Source: Spirochaetia bacterium (GTDB lineage: Bacteria; Spirochaetota; Spirochaetia; CADAEX01). From it: a stretch of 64,000 nucleotides of DNA. Position numbers and translations under genes: made by a program. The notes beneath the pieces were generated by a model. That model did not search any database. It was not told where the DNA came from and saw only the letters and a program-made list of their open reading frames with translations. Of the stretch, positions 1 to 10,855 are shown one piece after another. Position 1 is the stretch's first letter. Each line of letters starts with the position of its first letter. The stretch is taken from the NCBI GenBank assembly GCA_963662265.2, contig CAXXHA010000029.1, forward strand, positions 160,954-224,953, given 5' to 3'.

Positions 1-517
1 AAGATAATAGTCAAGGAAAATACTCTTGATACCCACATTCTCAAGCCGCCTGATATCTTCGCTTACCCCCTTCTGAATCCTTGAGCCAGAGAGGAAAGAC
101 TACCACATCAGGCTGCAGGCTGATGACAGTTTCAACGCTGAAGTCTCCCTTGTAATGATGACCCACAACAGGTATGTCAGTAACCTTGGGGTATACTTTT
201 TTATAGGCAAGAAATGTGTCCTGGTCATAAAGATTGAGATCAGAACCCCATCCTGCAATACTGTCGAGAACTTCAGCGCCCCCGACTGCTGCGAATTCAT
301 GCAGGTATCTTGACGATGCCAGTATAATCCTGTCTGCCGGAAGTGATAATGATACTTCTCTGCCTGCCATGTCGGTGACTGTTGTCATTTCAGGAGCTTT
401 GTCTGATCCTTTTTCTTCATTACCTCCTGCAAGGCAGTTTACTGCCGGAAGAAAGGCGATCAGTGCAAGAATTATGACTGCCTTTGTGATTGATTTTTTA
501 AGTGTTTTTGTTTGCAT
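1..517 (-). CDS. ABC transporter substrate-binding protein, iron-siderophore/cobalamin (FepB/BtuF-like) family; runs off the left edge; one frameshift
   Basis: Signal peptide ending AGGNEE, then TVTDMAGREV, RII and SVETVISLQPDVV motifs. Removing one base from the C5 run at 66-70 continues the frame as EGVSEDIRRLENVGIKSIFLDYYL to the edge. Confidence 0.8.
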
Positions 518-1271
518 GTTCCTTTTTAATTTTTCTCCCTTTTATTAAAAATGTTGCCGGCTGAAGTGCCAACCTGTAAAGAAGGCGCATATTTTTCGCC
601 CTTATTTTCCTGATTTCTGTCAAAGTTTCTGTTGAAATATTCTCAAGTCCCGCGTATTCAAATAGATTGCCGGCCTCTTCAGGAGCAACTCCGGTCGAAA
701 AGGGGAGGCTTTCGTTTATGTGAAGATCATAACCAAGATTGTTGGGATTGTTTTTTTCATAGATGAAGATTGCAGCCTTTCTGCACAGTTTTTTCAGCTT
801 TCCTTTGAGAGATAAATAATTCCATTGACCGTCTATACATATTATTGAACCCCCGTTCCTGAGAACCCGGGACCAGTGGGTAATTGCTTTCTCAGGGTTT
901 GGAAGAGTCCACAGAAGCCATCGGCAGACAACACAGTCAAAAGATTCTGACGGGAATGGCAGTTCTTCGGCATCACCTATGTGGAAATCTATATCCAGGT
1001 TGCTTTCAACAGCTTTGCTGCGGGCTTTTTCCAGCATCCCTTCTGTAATATCCATGGCTGTTAAACGGTGTCCCATTTCAGCCAGGGAAAGTGATACAAA
1101 GCCTGTACCTGCACCGATGTCGAGAATATCAAGATTTTCTCCATGCAGGTGGTTTCCGAATAAAGACTGATAAGCTTTTTTTTCTTCTGCTTCTTCACGC
1201 GGGGCAGGGAACCTGTCATATGTATCGCTTCGTTTATTCCAGTATTTAATGATATCACTTTTAACTTTCAT
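498..1271 (-). CDS. Class I SAM-dependent methyltransferase (UbiE-like)
   Basis: ILDIGAGTG motif I, GDAEELPFPSESFD, RVLRNGG. Confidence 0.88.
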   Translation of the reverse strand: MKVKSDIIKYWNKRSDTYDRFPAPREEAEEKKAYQSLFGNHLHGENLDILDIGAGTGFVSLSLAEMGHRLTAMDITEGMLEKARSKAVESNLDIDFHIGDAEELPFPSESFDCVVCRWLLWTLPNPEKAITHWSRVLRNGGSIICIDGQWNYLSLKGKLKKLCRKAAIFIYEKNNPNNLGYDLHINESLPFSTGVAPEEAGNLFEYAGLENISTETLTEIRKIRAKNMRLLYRLALQPATFLIKGRKIKKEHANKNT

Positions 1272-1344
1272 GAATATTATCCGTATAAAAATATGAATAT
1301 TGCACCTGAGAATCAGATGAAGAAATATTTATTGAAACAGCTGC

Positions 1345-1758
1345 TTAATCTTTCCCCATACATTTGCCGCAATATCCCTCAATAACAATGTGATGAAAAT
1401 GGGGATGAAAATCATGTGTTTTAACCAGGCTGTCCTTCAGGTTTTCGAATAGTTTTTCATCGCATTCTATGATTGTTCTGCATTTTTTGCAGATGAGGTG
1501 GCAGTGGTGGTGGATTTCGGCGTGATGGTAGACTGTATGGTTATCTACCTCGCTTTTAAAGACGCAGCCGGCCTTTTCCAGAAGATCAAGATTCCTGTAT
1601 ATTGTCGACTTGTTGACTTCAGGCAATTTCTCCTGTACCGCGGAGATAATTGTTTCTGCTGTCAGTTCGTGACTGGAATCATGAATAGCATCGACTATTA
1701 TTCTTCTCTGGGGTGTGAGGCGGAGTCCTTTTTCTTTAAGTATACTAATGCAACTCAT
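1345..1758 (-). CDS. Fur-family metal-responsive transcriptional repressor
   Basis: GLRLTPQRR, STIYRNL, HHHCHLICKKC, GYCGKC. Start moved to ATG 1758 because the TTG at 1779 lies in the -10 box. Confidence 0.92.
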   Translation of the reverse strand: MSCISILKEKGLRLTPQRRIIVDAIHDSSHELTAETIISAVQEKLPEVNKSTIYRNLDLLEKAGCVFKSEVDNHTVYHHAEIHHHCHLICKKCRTIIECDEKLFENLKDSLVKTHDFHPHFHHIVIEGYCGKCMGKD

Positions 1759-1780
1759 ATCAAATGCAACCAGTTGCAAT
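1748..1780. promoter_or_regulatory. Putative Fur-family operator (inverted repeat plus extra half-site)
   Basis: ATGCAAC-CA-GTTGCAAT at 1764-1780 and a further ATGCAAC at 1748-1754. Confidence 0.6.
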
Positions 1781-1807
1781 TGTAGGACTCAGAATAAGTT
1801 ATGTCAA
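1779..1807 (-). promoter_or_regulatory. Sigma70 promoter of the fur-methyltransferase-ABC operon
   Basis: Minus strand TTGACA-N17-TACAAT. Confidence 0.8.
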
Positions 1808-1894
1808 CCGAAATTGAATAATTTAATAATTGTTTATAAAGGATGAGCTGGTTTTATAAACTGATAAGAGTGTATTTTAAAATAAACTGAATAT

Positions 1895-1932
1895 AACATT
1901 ACTGCAGGATAGAATCATCCTGCAGCAATGTT
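1895..1932 (-). terminator. Hairpin downstream of the HD-GYP sensor gene
   Basis: AACATTACTGCAGGAT / ATCCTGCAGCAATGTT inverted repeat with a 6-nt loop. Confidence 0.6.
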
Positions 1933-1961
1933 TTCATAACTGGTTTATTGACAGGGAATTA

Positions 1962-4873
1962 TCAGATGAGTTCATTTTTTCCATTCATAATATTGTTTAT
2001 GACTCTTATTACTTCTGGGTCAAACTGGCTGCCGCTTCCCTTGTTAAGCTCTTCCATTGCAGTCTCGTGGGAAAGCCCTTTCCTGTACGGCCTGTCGCTT
2101 GTCATTGCATCATAGGCATCTGCCGCAGAAATTATTCTTGCTTCAAGAGGGATCTGGCTTCCTTTCAGGCCGTCCGGATATCCTGATCCGTCATAGTTTT
2201 CATGATGATATCTTGCACCCAGGGACATCCTTTTTAATGATATCGTATCAGCCATGATTTTTGATCCGATTACGGGATGCTGCTGCATAATATCAAGTTC
2301 ATCTGAGTCAAGTGGGCCGTCTTTCCTGATAATTGTGTCTGCTATGCCTATCTTTCCTATATCATGAAGAAGAGCCATGTATTCAAGGTTTTCAATCTTT
2401 TCACTTCCCATCTTCATTGCTTTTCCGATTCTGCTTGAAAGATCTTTAACCCTGCTGACATGTCCATGAGTATATGGATCTTTCGCTTCTACAGCTCCTG
2501 CAAGGGATGTTATTGCATCCATATAAACCTGGTGCAGCTCACGTCTCTTCTTCACCTGGAGACTGTGAAGAAAAAGAAATACTGCCAGCATGACAATGAA
2601 AAGAAAAACTGTTACAAGAAGATAAAAGAGGGGGCTGTTGTAGAAATAATCCTTTTTCCTGAAGCTGTATGCCAGGATAGGATCTGACCAGTAGCCGTCA
2701 TTGTTGCTTACCTTGAGGTAGAAATTATAATTTCCGGCCGGCAGATTAGTATAGCTTGTCTTTCTCTGGCGTGTTTCTTCAGACCATTTATCATCAAAAC
2801 CTTCAAGATAGTATCTGAAACCGGTTTTTTTCAGGGACAACATAACTGAACCCGGTGTAATCAATATCAATCCTTTTGACTTCTGCTTCAATTATTTCCG
2901 GAAACAGATCAGGAGTTTTATTGTCAAGTTTAATTTCCTCTACAAGAGCATTTGATTTTACAGTATTAATATTTGAAATCCCGGGATCATATACAGAAAT
3001 ACCCCTGCTTGTGGGAAACCATATACTTCCTTCAGCATCCTTGTAATACCATGAAACCGGTGTTATCCCGGCAAGAAGGCCGTCTGTTGTATCATAGCGT
3101 TTAAACTCGATTGGTGTATTATGAAAAAGATAGGTGTAGAGAATACTCTTTTTTACAGTCTGAAGACCGCTGTTCAGGGCAAACCATACATTGTCATTGC
3201 TGTCAAAAACTGTAAAAAAAAACAGCGTTGGAATCAAGCCCGTTTCTTTCTGATATATGATATATCTCTTCTCCAAACCATATAGAAACACCTTTGTTTG
3301 TACATATCCAGGTATTTCCTTCAGCATCTTCTGTAATTCTGAATACAATATCGCCTGCAATTCTGCCGCTGTCAGAAGTGACAACTTCTATTTTGCCGCT
3401 TTTTGTATCCAGGATATTGATGCCTCCTCCGTCTGTGCCTATCAGAATGCTGCCGTCCCTGTTTTCATGAAGAGAAAGGATATAGTCATTGCTTAAACCG
3501 TTATTTACAGTGTAAATATTTTCAATTTCAAATGTTTCAGGGTTTATTTTATTAAGCCCCGATCTTGTGCCGCTCCATATGTAGCTGTCGGAACTCTCAA
3601 TCACTGTTCTTGTCTTGTTGAATGAAAGTCCGTTGTCACTGTTCAGACTCCTGATAATTCTCCCTTTATCAGCTACAATAAGACCGGAACTGCTGTATGT
3701 TGATATCCACAGACGTGACTTGCTGTCTTTATATATATTCCTGATTCTTGTCCCTTTGAGGGATTCTGTCAGGCTGTTTTCAATTATCCTGTCACCGGAA
3801 AGGTTATAAAGACCGTCATCAGTTCCCGCCATAAGTGAACTGCTGTCATACCTGATTATTGTGTTAACTGCTTTCTCAAGTCCGTATGAATTTGAATAGT
3901 TTGTGAATTTTCCCATGCTGTATTTCTGCATTCCGGATACATCGGATATTACCCATAAATTATCTTCACGGTCCTGAAAAAGTGAATTGACAGAGTTGTT
4001 TATAAGGCCGTTTTCCTCGTTGATAATTCTGAAACTACCGTAGGATTCATCAAAGTATCCTATTCCCCCTTCAGACCAGAACCATATCTTACTGTCAGAA
4101 GTTTCCAGAAAGCCTTTGATTGAAAAAACATTCTCCATCCTGAATTCTCTGATATTGTTTTCCTTCTCAAGAATTACAGAACCTGAGACAGTGCCAAACC
4201 AGTTTCTGTTTGAGGAATCTGAAAATACCGATGTGTACTGTTCAGAACTTTTGCTTACCGGAGGGGAATATTCAGCAAAACTGCTTCCTGTGTAGCTGTA
4301 TAATTTGCCCTCATTTGTTACAGCGGTAAGTATTCCCCTGTTGTCAAGGTAGAGGGAAGTGATAATCTTGCTTTCAAGAAATATCTTCTTTTCAGGGGAA
4401 TCAAAACCTGCAGCAGGGACAAACAGAAGGCCTCCTGCTGTGCCTACCCATAAGTTGCCGTTCCTGTCAAACGAAAGCGATCTTACCGAAAGGTCGGGCA
4501 GGCCGGATTCTGTACCGTAAACGATGAATTTATAATTATCCATCAGTATCAGACCATCGCTGTTTGTGCCGATCCAGAGTTTTGTGTCACTGCCTTTTAA
4601 TAAAACCCTTGCAGTATCAGATGGGTATCCGCCCCTGTTATTCTTAAAAATTTTAAAATCCACTCCGTCAAAGCGGATTAAACCTTCATAACTGGCTATC
4701 CAGATGTAGCCGTTGAAATCCTGTTCTATATCAAGAGCATTGTTTGCGGGGAAATCATTGTTGTATTTCCAGTATGTTGATGTCATGTTGCAGAGCCAAT
4801 CTTCTGAAAACAGGTTTAAAGGAAGCAATAGTAATAGAAGGAATATATGATATTTACGGTTTATGAAAAACAT
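1962..4873 (-). CDS. Ligand-binding beta-propeller (Reg_prop/Y_Y_Y) sensor with TM helix and HD-GYP phosphodiesterase; single gene of about 970 aa split by two frameshifts
   Basis: Repeated LW(I/V)GT..GL propeller motifs, YTNLPAGNYNF Y_Y_Y domain, TM helix, LLHDIGKIG, HHENYDGSGYPDGL. The three ORFs join by removing one base from A9 (3214-3222) and T7 (2825-2831). Confidence 0.85.
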
Positions 4874-4885
4874 GTAAAACCCCTG

Positions 4886-4915
4886 AAAAAAATCCTGCAC
4901 ATTATGTGCAGGATT
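4886..4915 (-). terminator. Intrinsic terminator after the LpoB/COG3014 pair
   Basis: Minus strand AATCCTGCACA-TAA-TGTGCAGGATT followed by a T run. Confidence 0.7.
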
Positions 4916-4926
4916 GATTGAATAAG

Positions 4927-6330
4927 TTATTCATGAAGGAAAGACTCAATTATATTGAGACTGTCAGCAGATACACTGACAGTTCCCCTTTCATCTCTGA
5001 ATACGGGAATACCGTTGCTGTAATAGACAATACTTATGTTATGATCTCCCGGGGGAAGAGTAAGGTCAGTTACACTTGCGCGCGCGGGAAAGTAGGGGCA
5101 TATTCTGAGGTCTGCGTTTTCTGTTGCATCAACAGCAACATCGGCAGCAATTCCCATCAGTCCGCCAAGTATTCCGCTGTTCCTTGTTCCCATTTCGGTT
5201 TTTGCCTTTTCCTTGAGAATGTTTTTAACAACTGTCCTGATTATTGTTTTACCGATAACAAAAGGCTGTTTAAGAAGATATATTTCCTCGGAAATATTTT
5301 CCATATCTTCGATTCTTTCCAGTTCCCGTACAACTGTCCCGTCAATTTCGAGTTCTATCCTGTCAACAGCTGTTCCCATCAGGTGCATTTTCGGATACTG
5401 GAATTTAAAGTGGTAGCCCCCTTCAACTCCGGGCATATAGATATTGTCAAACCCGACAACATTCTTCACATAGTCAGTGTCCTGGCTTGTTGCTGCTATC
5501 CATACAACATCCTCTGTTGTATGAAGGTAAAATGTTTCTGCAAGCTTCCTGGGGGAGTTGCCTGTGAAAGCAACAACACTTAAGTATGCCTTGTCTTTTT
5601 CCTTTCTGAGTGCCGGAATTTCAGGCTGAGGGAAGCTGTAGAGGTGACTCTGGAACTGAAAAGCCTTGTTTATCTCATCACCTTCAATACGTGCATCATC
5701 ATAGCTTTTATCTGATCTGTACAGAAGGAGCCCGAGATACCTTGCAAGCACATCGTTATGGAAACGGTTTTTTCTTGCAATAATTTCACCTTCAGGATTA
5801 TCGGATGAATTATAATCCTCAATCATTTCCCTGTATTTGTCTTCAAGTACATTGAGTTTTATATTTACTTTTCTTATTTCGACAAGAGCACTGTCTTTCT
5901 GCTGCATGGCTATGTAGTTGAGCGCTTTGAAGATATTTATATAAATATCTTCATAATCCTCTCCGCTGTAGTCAAGCGTGTTGTCATTGATTACACCAGA
6001 AGCGATTGCTTTGGAAATGCTTTTTGTATAAAGCTCCTCAATTCCCTGTTCAGCCAGTGTAAGCGCTTCATTGCTTTTTTCATATTTTCCCGCGTAATGA
6101 TAAAGCATCCCTGTATCAAGATAAAAAAGTACCCTGTCTTTTTCCTTGTAGCTGATATCTCTGTATCCCTCTATTACAGCTGCGGCAACTTCATAGTTTC
6201 TTGTTGCATAATGTTCAGCTGCATCCTGATACTGGTCCTGCTTTGTCATTGTCGTGGCGCAGGATGAGAAAATTATCACTGCCGCGGCAGTGATAATATA
6301 TTTGATTGTTTTTTTCATTAAATCAGCCAT
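4927..6330 (-). CDS. TPR-like lipoprotein, COG3014 type
   Basis: Lipobox FSSC, DRVLFYLDTGML, YSGEDYE, ENADLR; adjacent to lpoB. Confidence 0.7.
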   Translation of the reverse strand: MADLMKKTIKYIITAAAVIIFSSCATTMTKQDQYQDAAEHYATRNYEVAAAVIEGYRDISYKEKDRVLFYLDTGMLYHYAGKYEKSNEALTLAEQGIEELYTKSISKAIASGVINDNTLDYSGEDYEDIYINIFKALNYIAMQQKDSALVEIRKVNIKLNVLEDKYREMIEDYNSSDNPEGEIIARKNRFHNDVLARYLGLLLYRSDKSYDDARIEGDEINKAFQFQSHLYSFPQPEIPALRKEKDKAYLSVVAFTGNSPRKLAETFYLHTTEDVVWIAATSQDTDYVKNVVGFDNIYMPGVEGGYHFKFQYPKMHLMGTAVDRIELEIDGTVVRELERIEDMENISEEIYLLKQPFVIGKTIIRTVVKNILKEKAKTEMGTRNSGILGGLMGIAADVAVDATENADLRICPYFPARASVTDLTLPPGDHNISIVYYSNGIPVFRDERGTVSVSADSLNIIESFLHE

Positions 6331-6340
6331 TTAAAGTATT

Positions 6341-6961
6341 TTACCAGCTTGTTTTTGATTTCTTGATAAACTTCTTGACTTCTTTTGATCCTATCCAGAC
6401 CTTTTCATTGCTCTCAAGATTTATAATTTCCATATCAACCTGATAGAGAACTACTTTCTTGCCGTCTACTGCATCGGTAACAGAAGTGATCTGACCTATC
6501 ATCATGAAATCAGCTCCTGTTTCCGCAACAAGATCCTTTACCGTCTCCATAGTTGCAAAAGTCTGCTGGTCTTTTCTCTCTTCCCTGATTTCATCTCTTT
6601 CTATCTTGCTTGCTACAAATTTTACTTTGCCGCTGTTAATGAGTTCTCTTTCAATATCTTTGACGAAAACACCTGTTTCTATATGTTCCGAACTTTTATT
6701 TCTTATTGTTCCTACAATAAGAACCGGTTTTTCGCCCCTTGCTGCTATGTAATCTGTGAGCCATGGTCTTGAAAGAGAATCGGAAACCATTTCTTCGGCT
6801 ACGAGACGTGAATCTGTATCATTCCATCTGCCGCTTAAGTCGATAACTTCTTCAGAATCTGTACGCTTTACAGTTGTAGAAGCGCATGAAACTAATACCA
6901 TAACTGTCAGAAGTACAACAGCTGCCAGTTTCGCTGCTGATGCTATTTTTTTAAATTCCAT
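6341..6961 (-). CDS. lpoB: Penicillin-binding protein activator LpoB-family lipoprotein
   Basis: Lipobox LVSC, DLSGRWNDTD, IRNKSSEHI, GADFMMIG, VWIGSKEVKK. Confidence 0.8.
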   Translation of the reverse strand: MEFKKIASAAKLAAVVLLTVMVLVSCASTTVKRTDSEEVIDLSGRWNDTDSRLVAEEMVSDSLSRPWLTDYIAARGEKPVLIVGTIRNKSSEHIETGVFVKDIERELINSGKVKFVASKIERDEIREERKDQQTFATMETVKDLVAETGADFMMIGQITSVTDAVDGKKVVLYQVDMEIINLESNEKVWIGSKEVKKFIKKSKTSW

Positions 6962-7175
6962 AAAATATTCTCCTTAGAGTAGTATTGATTAACTTATATA
7001 AATTATTCCATAAATAGTACAGGATTACAACGAATATTGGATAATATTATAAGCTGAAAAATAAAAAGATTTTATATTTGTTATTGTAAAACAGGGATAT
7101 TATTATAAAACACGGCATAAGAACGAATTATTTGAATCGCCAATTGTATTACCTCACAGGAGTATTATAGGAACA

Positions 7176-8108
7176 ATGAAAGTACTGATACTGAAAAAAT
7201 ATGGAAATACTGTTCATGAAATCATAAAGGAAAGTTTTCCTTCAGAATGGGAGATTAGTATGTCTGATCCTGAAGGCTGGGATGATCTGATCGGTAAAGC
7301 AGATATTCTAATCCCCTCTCAGATGAAAGCCGGCAGGGAATTGCTTCAGAAAGCTGAAAAGCTCAAAGTCATTCAGACAGGCGCGGGTTACGATAACGTT
7401 GACCTTGAATACTGCAGGGAAAGGGGTATAAGGGTAATGAATGCACCTGCAATCAACTGCAGCGAGGTAGCAGAGCATACATTTGCCTTTATATTCCAGC
7501 GGTATAAGAAGATTATGGAACTTGATTCAGAAATCAGGAAAGATCTCTGGTCAAAAAAGAAAGTGGGGCGAGCATTATCAGACCTTTCAATAGGTATTGT
7601 CGGTTACGGAAACATAGGCAGAAGAGTTTCGGAAATTGCTTCTGTATTTAATATGAAAGTTTATGTCTATTCAGCTTATTCTGAAAAGTGGTACAGAAAA
7701 AATATTCATTTCACTGATACACTAGATGAACTGCTTGCGGAATCTGATATTGTGACTCTTCATACATCAGCAGGCAGGGAAAAGTATGATATGATTTCTG
7801 ACAGGGAATTTTCTCTCATGAAAAAAGATGCTTTTCTTATCAATACGGCAAGAGGCGCTCTTGTCGATGAAGATGCCCTCTGCAGGGCGCTGGACAGCAG
7901 GAAGATTTCAGGTGCAGCTCTTGATGTTTTTAAAGAGGAACCTCTTCCTTCCGGCAGCAGGCTAAGGAATTACAGCAACATTATAATGACTCCCCACAAT
8001 GCGGGGGAACCTGACCTTGATAAATCATACAGGAAGAGGTTTGAATTCTTCTGCAGAAATATAATCACAGAGCTTGAAGGGGGAGAGCCGGAAGGTGTAA
8101 TTGTGTAA
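7176..8108 (+). CDS. D-isomer-specific 2-hydroxyacid dehydrogenase
   Basis: GAGYDNVD, GIVGYGNIG, LINTARG, LDVFKEEP, TPHNAG. Confidence 0.9.
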   Translation: MKVLILKKYGNTVHEIIKESFPSEWEISMSDPEGWDDLIGKADILIPSQMKAGRELLQKAEKLKVIQTGAGYDNVDLEYCRERGIRVMNAPAINCSEVAEHTFAFIFQRYKKIMELDSEIRKDLWSKKKVGRALSDLSIGIVGYGNIGRRVSEIASVFNMKVYVYSAYSEKWYRKNIHFTDTLDELLAESDIVTLHTSAGREKYDMISDREFSLMKKDAFLINTARGALVDEDALCRALDSRKISGAALDVFKEEPLPSGSRLRNYSNIIMTPHNAGEPDLDKSYRKRFEFFCRNIITELEGGEPEGVIV

Positions 8109-8191
8109 AATATCCTGGCCGGAATATTATTCCAGAAGCGGGGGAAATGCTGACTGAGAAAAGCTTAAGCTGCCTGAAAGTTTCAAATAAA

Positions 8192-9398
8192 TCAGTCTGA
8201 ATCCCTGTTCCTGTTTTTGAAATAATATTTTATCCCTTCAGCGAGACGGTAGAAGTCTTCCCTTTTGCTGTATAATCCCAGTGAAAGTCTCAGCGATTTG
8301 GATGCTCTTTCCTCATTCCTTCCCATGGCTGTTAGTACCTGGGATTTCCCCTTTATATTGTCCGAGCACGCGCTGAATCTGCTTAAACATATATTATTGA
8401 ATATGAGAAAAGAAATAAAATCCTCAATATCATATATATCAGGCAGGCTTATGCAGAGGACGCCGGGAACCCTGAGGGAAGGTGATTCAAGTATTATATT
8501 GTGAGGAAGGCTGGTGAGTATGGAAAGCCCCTCGGAAGTAAGTATTTTCAGCCTTTTATATTCACTGTCGCAGTTTTTTTTCAGCTGGGTAAATGCTTCT
8601 GACATTGCTGCAATTCCCGGCGTGTTTTCCGTGCCGGGGAAAAAACCGTTTTCCTGTTTGCCGCCGTCCCTGACAGGTTTCATCTGTATTGAATCAGGTT
8701 TGTAGAGAAGGCCGGTGCCTTTCGGCGCATATATCTTGTGGCTGCTCATTGCAAACATATCACAGTAATCAATCCATTCTTCAAGAGGAAGTCTTGGTAC
8801 TGCCTGCACAGCATCTGCAAATACAATACCCCCTGCATCCGCTATTCTTGAATATATTTCTTTGACAGGCTGTATACCCCCTGTTTCATGATTGACCGGG
8901 GAATAAACGCAGATGATTTTTTTATCCCTGTTTTCTGAAAACAGCCGATGCAAGGGTTGAAAGGTCAATTCTTCCCTCTTCTGTTACTTTCAGTATTTTA
9001 TAGCGGTGTCTCGGGAGTTCTGTTATGTTTTTAAGGACAGATGAATGTTCTATAGCTGTTGTAAGGAAGAATGAATCATTAAAGGTTTTATATAGGCCTT
9101 TTATTCCCGTAAATAGGGATTCGGAACCGGAAGATGAAAAATAGAAATGATCCGGATTCTTCCCGAAAAAATCTGCAATATTTCTCCTGCAGTTATCCAT
9201 AGCCTGCCAGGCGACAACTCCCGAGGCATGGTAGCTTGAGGGGTTTGCCCAGTGCTCTCTGCATGATTTTTCAAATGCGGCAATTGTTTCCTTTAGAACA
9301 GGAGTTGTCGCATTATAGTCCATATAAACAGTACCTGACTGTGCATAATTTTTAATTTTAGTCAGCAACTTTTTTTTTCTTTCACAATTACAAGCCAT
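8192..9398 (-). CDS. Cysteine desulfurase family protein (IscS/NifS-like); one frameshift near 8950
   Basis: YMDYNATTP, ANPSSYH, EHSSV, NHETG, DAVQA, SSHKIYAPKGTG, GTENTPGI, SAC. Two ORFs overlap at 8922-8968. Confidence 0.85.
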
Positions 9399-9637
9399 AT
9401 CGATATTTATTTTAAATAAGGAATTATGTCAATTCTTTTCAAGAATAATTATTAAAATATGTACATACAATTAATGTTTAAATTGGAATAAGTTATTTAG
9501 CATGTTATTACTGAACATGAAAATTAAATAAGCTGCAACAGGTTATGATTAAAATTAAACATATGGAGTAACTGTAAAAATCTTAATTCGGCCAATTTAA
9601 TAGAATAAAAGTACAATATCTGATATATTAATTCCTG

Positions 9638-10814
9638 ATGAATAAATATACAGACAGAATCATGGATATTTATGATCCTCCAATAGTGAAATTCAAGGCT
9701 GAAGCTGAAAAGCGAATTGACAGAAGCAAAACTGTAATCAATCTGAACCAGGCAGTCCCCTTCCTATCCTGCGCCTGTTGAAATCACAGATGCGGTGAGA
9801 AAGGAGATTGAAAATCCATCATATTCCTTTTATACAAAGGATGAAGGGAAAGATGAACTGAGACAGAGAATATCTGAAGAGGTAAATGCAATGTTTTCTG
9901 TAAATACAGAAATGGAAAACATATGTGTAACCTCAGGGGCAAATAATGCCTTCTATTCAATTCTTCCGGTAATTGCGGAATCAGGTGATGAAATAATCAT
10001 ATTTACCCCGTATTACTTCAACCACTACATGTCAATAAAGGCATACGGAATTGTACCTGTTGAAGTTTGCTCTTGATTCTGATGATAATTTTTCAATACC
10101 ATTTGAAGTTCTGAAGGAAAAAAATAAACAAAAGGACAAAGGCAGTTGTATTTGTCAATCCTTCAAATCCGACCGGAAGGTCCTACAGCATGGAAGAGGT
10201 TGAAAATCTTCATAATTTCTGCATGGAAAATAATATTTACCTTGTAAGCGATGAAGTCTATACCCATTTTCCATGATGATTATCCCATGCAGGGTTCTGT
10301 CATGAGGCTTGATGATTTCCTTGATTCAAGAACTGTGTGTATAAATTCCTTTTCCAAGATATACAGCATAACAGGGCTGAGGGCAGGTTACATAACAGCT
10401 TCTTCCGGTTTTATAAGGCAGTTTATAAAAATCCAGGATTCAAATATTATCTGCGTATCATCTCTTGCACAGGACAGCAGCTCTTGCCGGAATGGATAAA
10501 ATGTTCATCATGGCTTGATGAAAAAATAAGGCCTGATGAGAAGAAAGAAGGAAATGTTTTTAAAACTGTTTGCGGAAAGAGAATCAATGTTTAAAATTGT
10601 ATCATCAGGTTCTTTTTTCCTTTATCTCAATTATGATAAAGAGATCGGATCTGAAGAACTCTGTTACAGGATGATTGAAAAGGAGAATATTGTTTCACTT
10701 CCCGGAACCTGCTTCGGTTCTGACCAGGGGAGGGCTTTGAGGCTTGCTCTTGGAAATGTTGAAAGTGCGAATATTCCTTTTGTAGTTGATAAACTGACAG
10801 GTTTCAGTATCTGA
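9638..10814 (+). CDS. PLP-dependent aminotransferase class I/II; about 7 single-base insertions (sequencing error or pseudogene)
   Basis: Reconstructed MNKYTDRI...INLNQAVP, TSGANNA, PYYFNH, NPSNPTG, SDEVY, SFSKIYSITGLRAG, PGTCFG, LRLALG across shifting frames. Confidence 0.8.
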
Positions 10815-10855
10815 AAACAGGATGGAATTATTAAATAATAAACAGGAGTAACAGC

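Noticed and set aside
4918-5583. 221-aa + strand ORF and the many other short antisense ORFs in the track
   Set aside because: They are shadows of well-supported genes on the opposite strand and carry no recognisable motifs.
9638-10814. Selenocysteine or stop-codon read-through at the internal TGA codons
   Set aside because: Homology resumes in a different frame after each stop, which indicates insertions rather than recoding.
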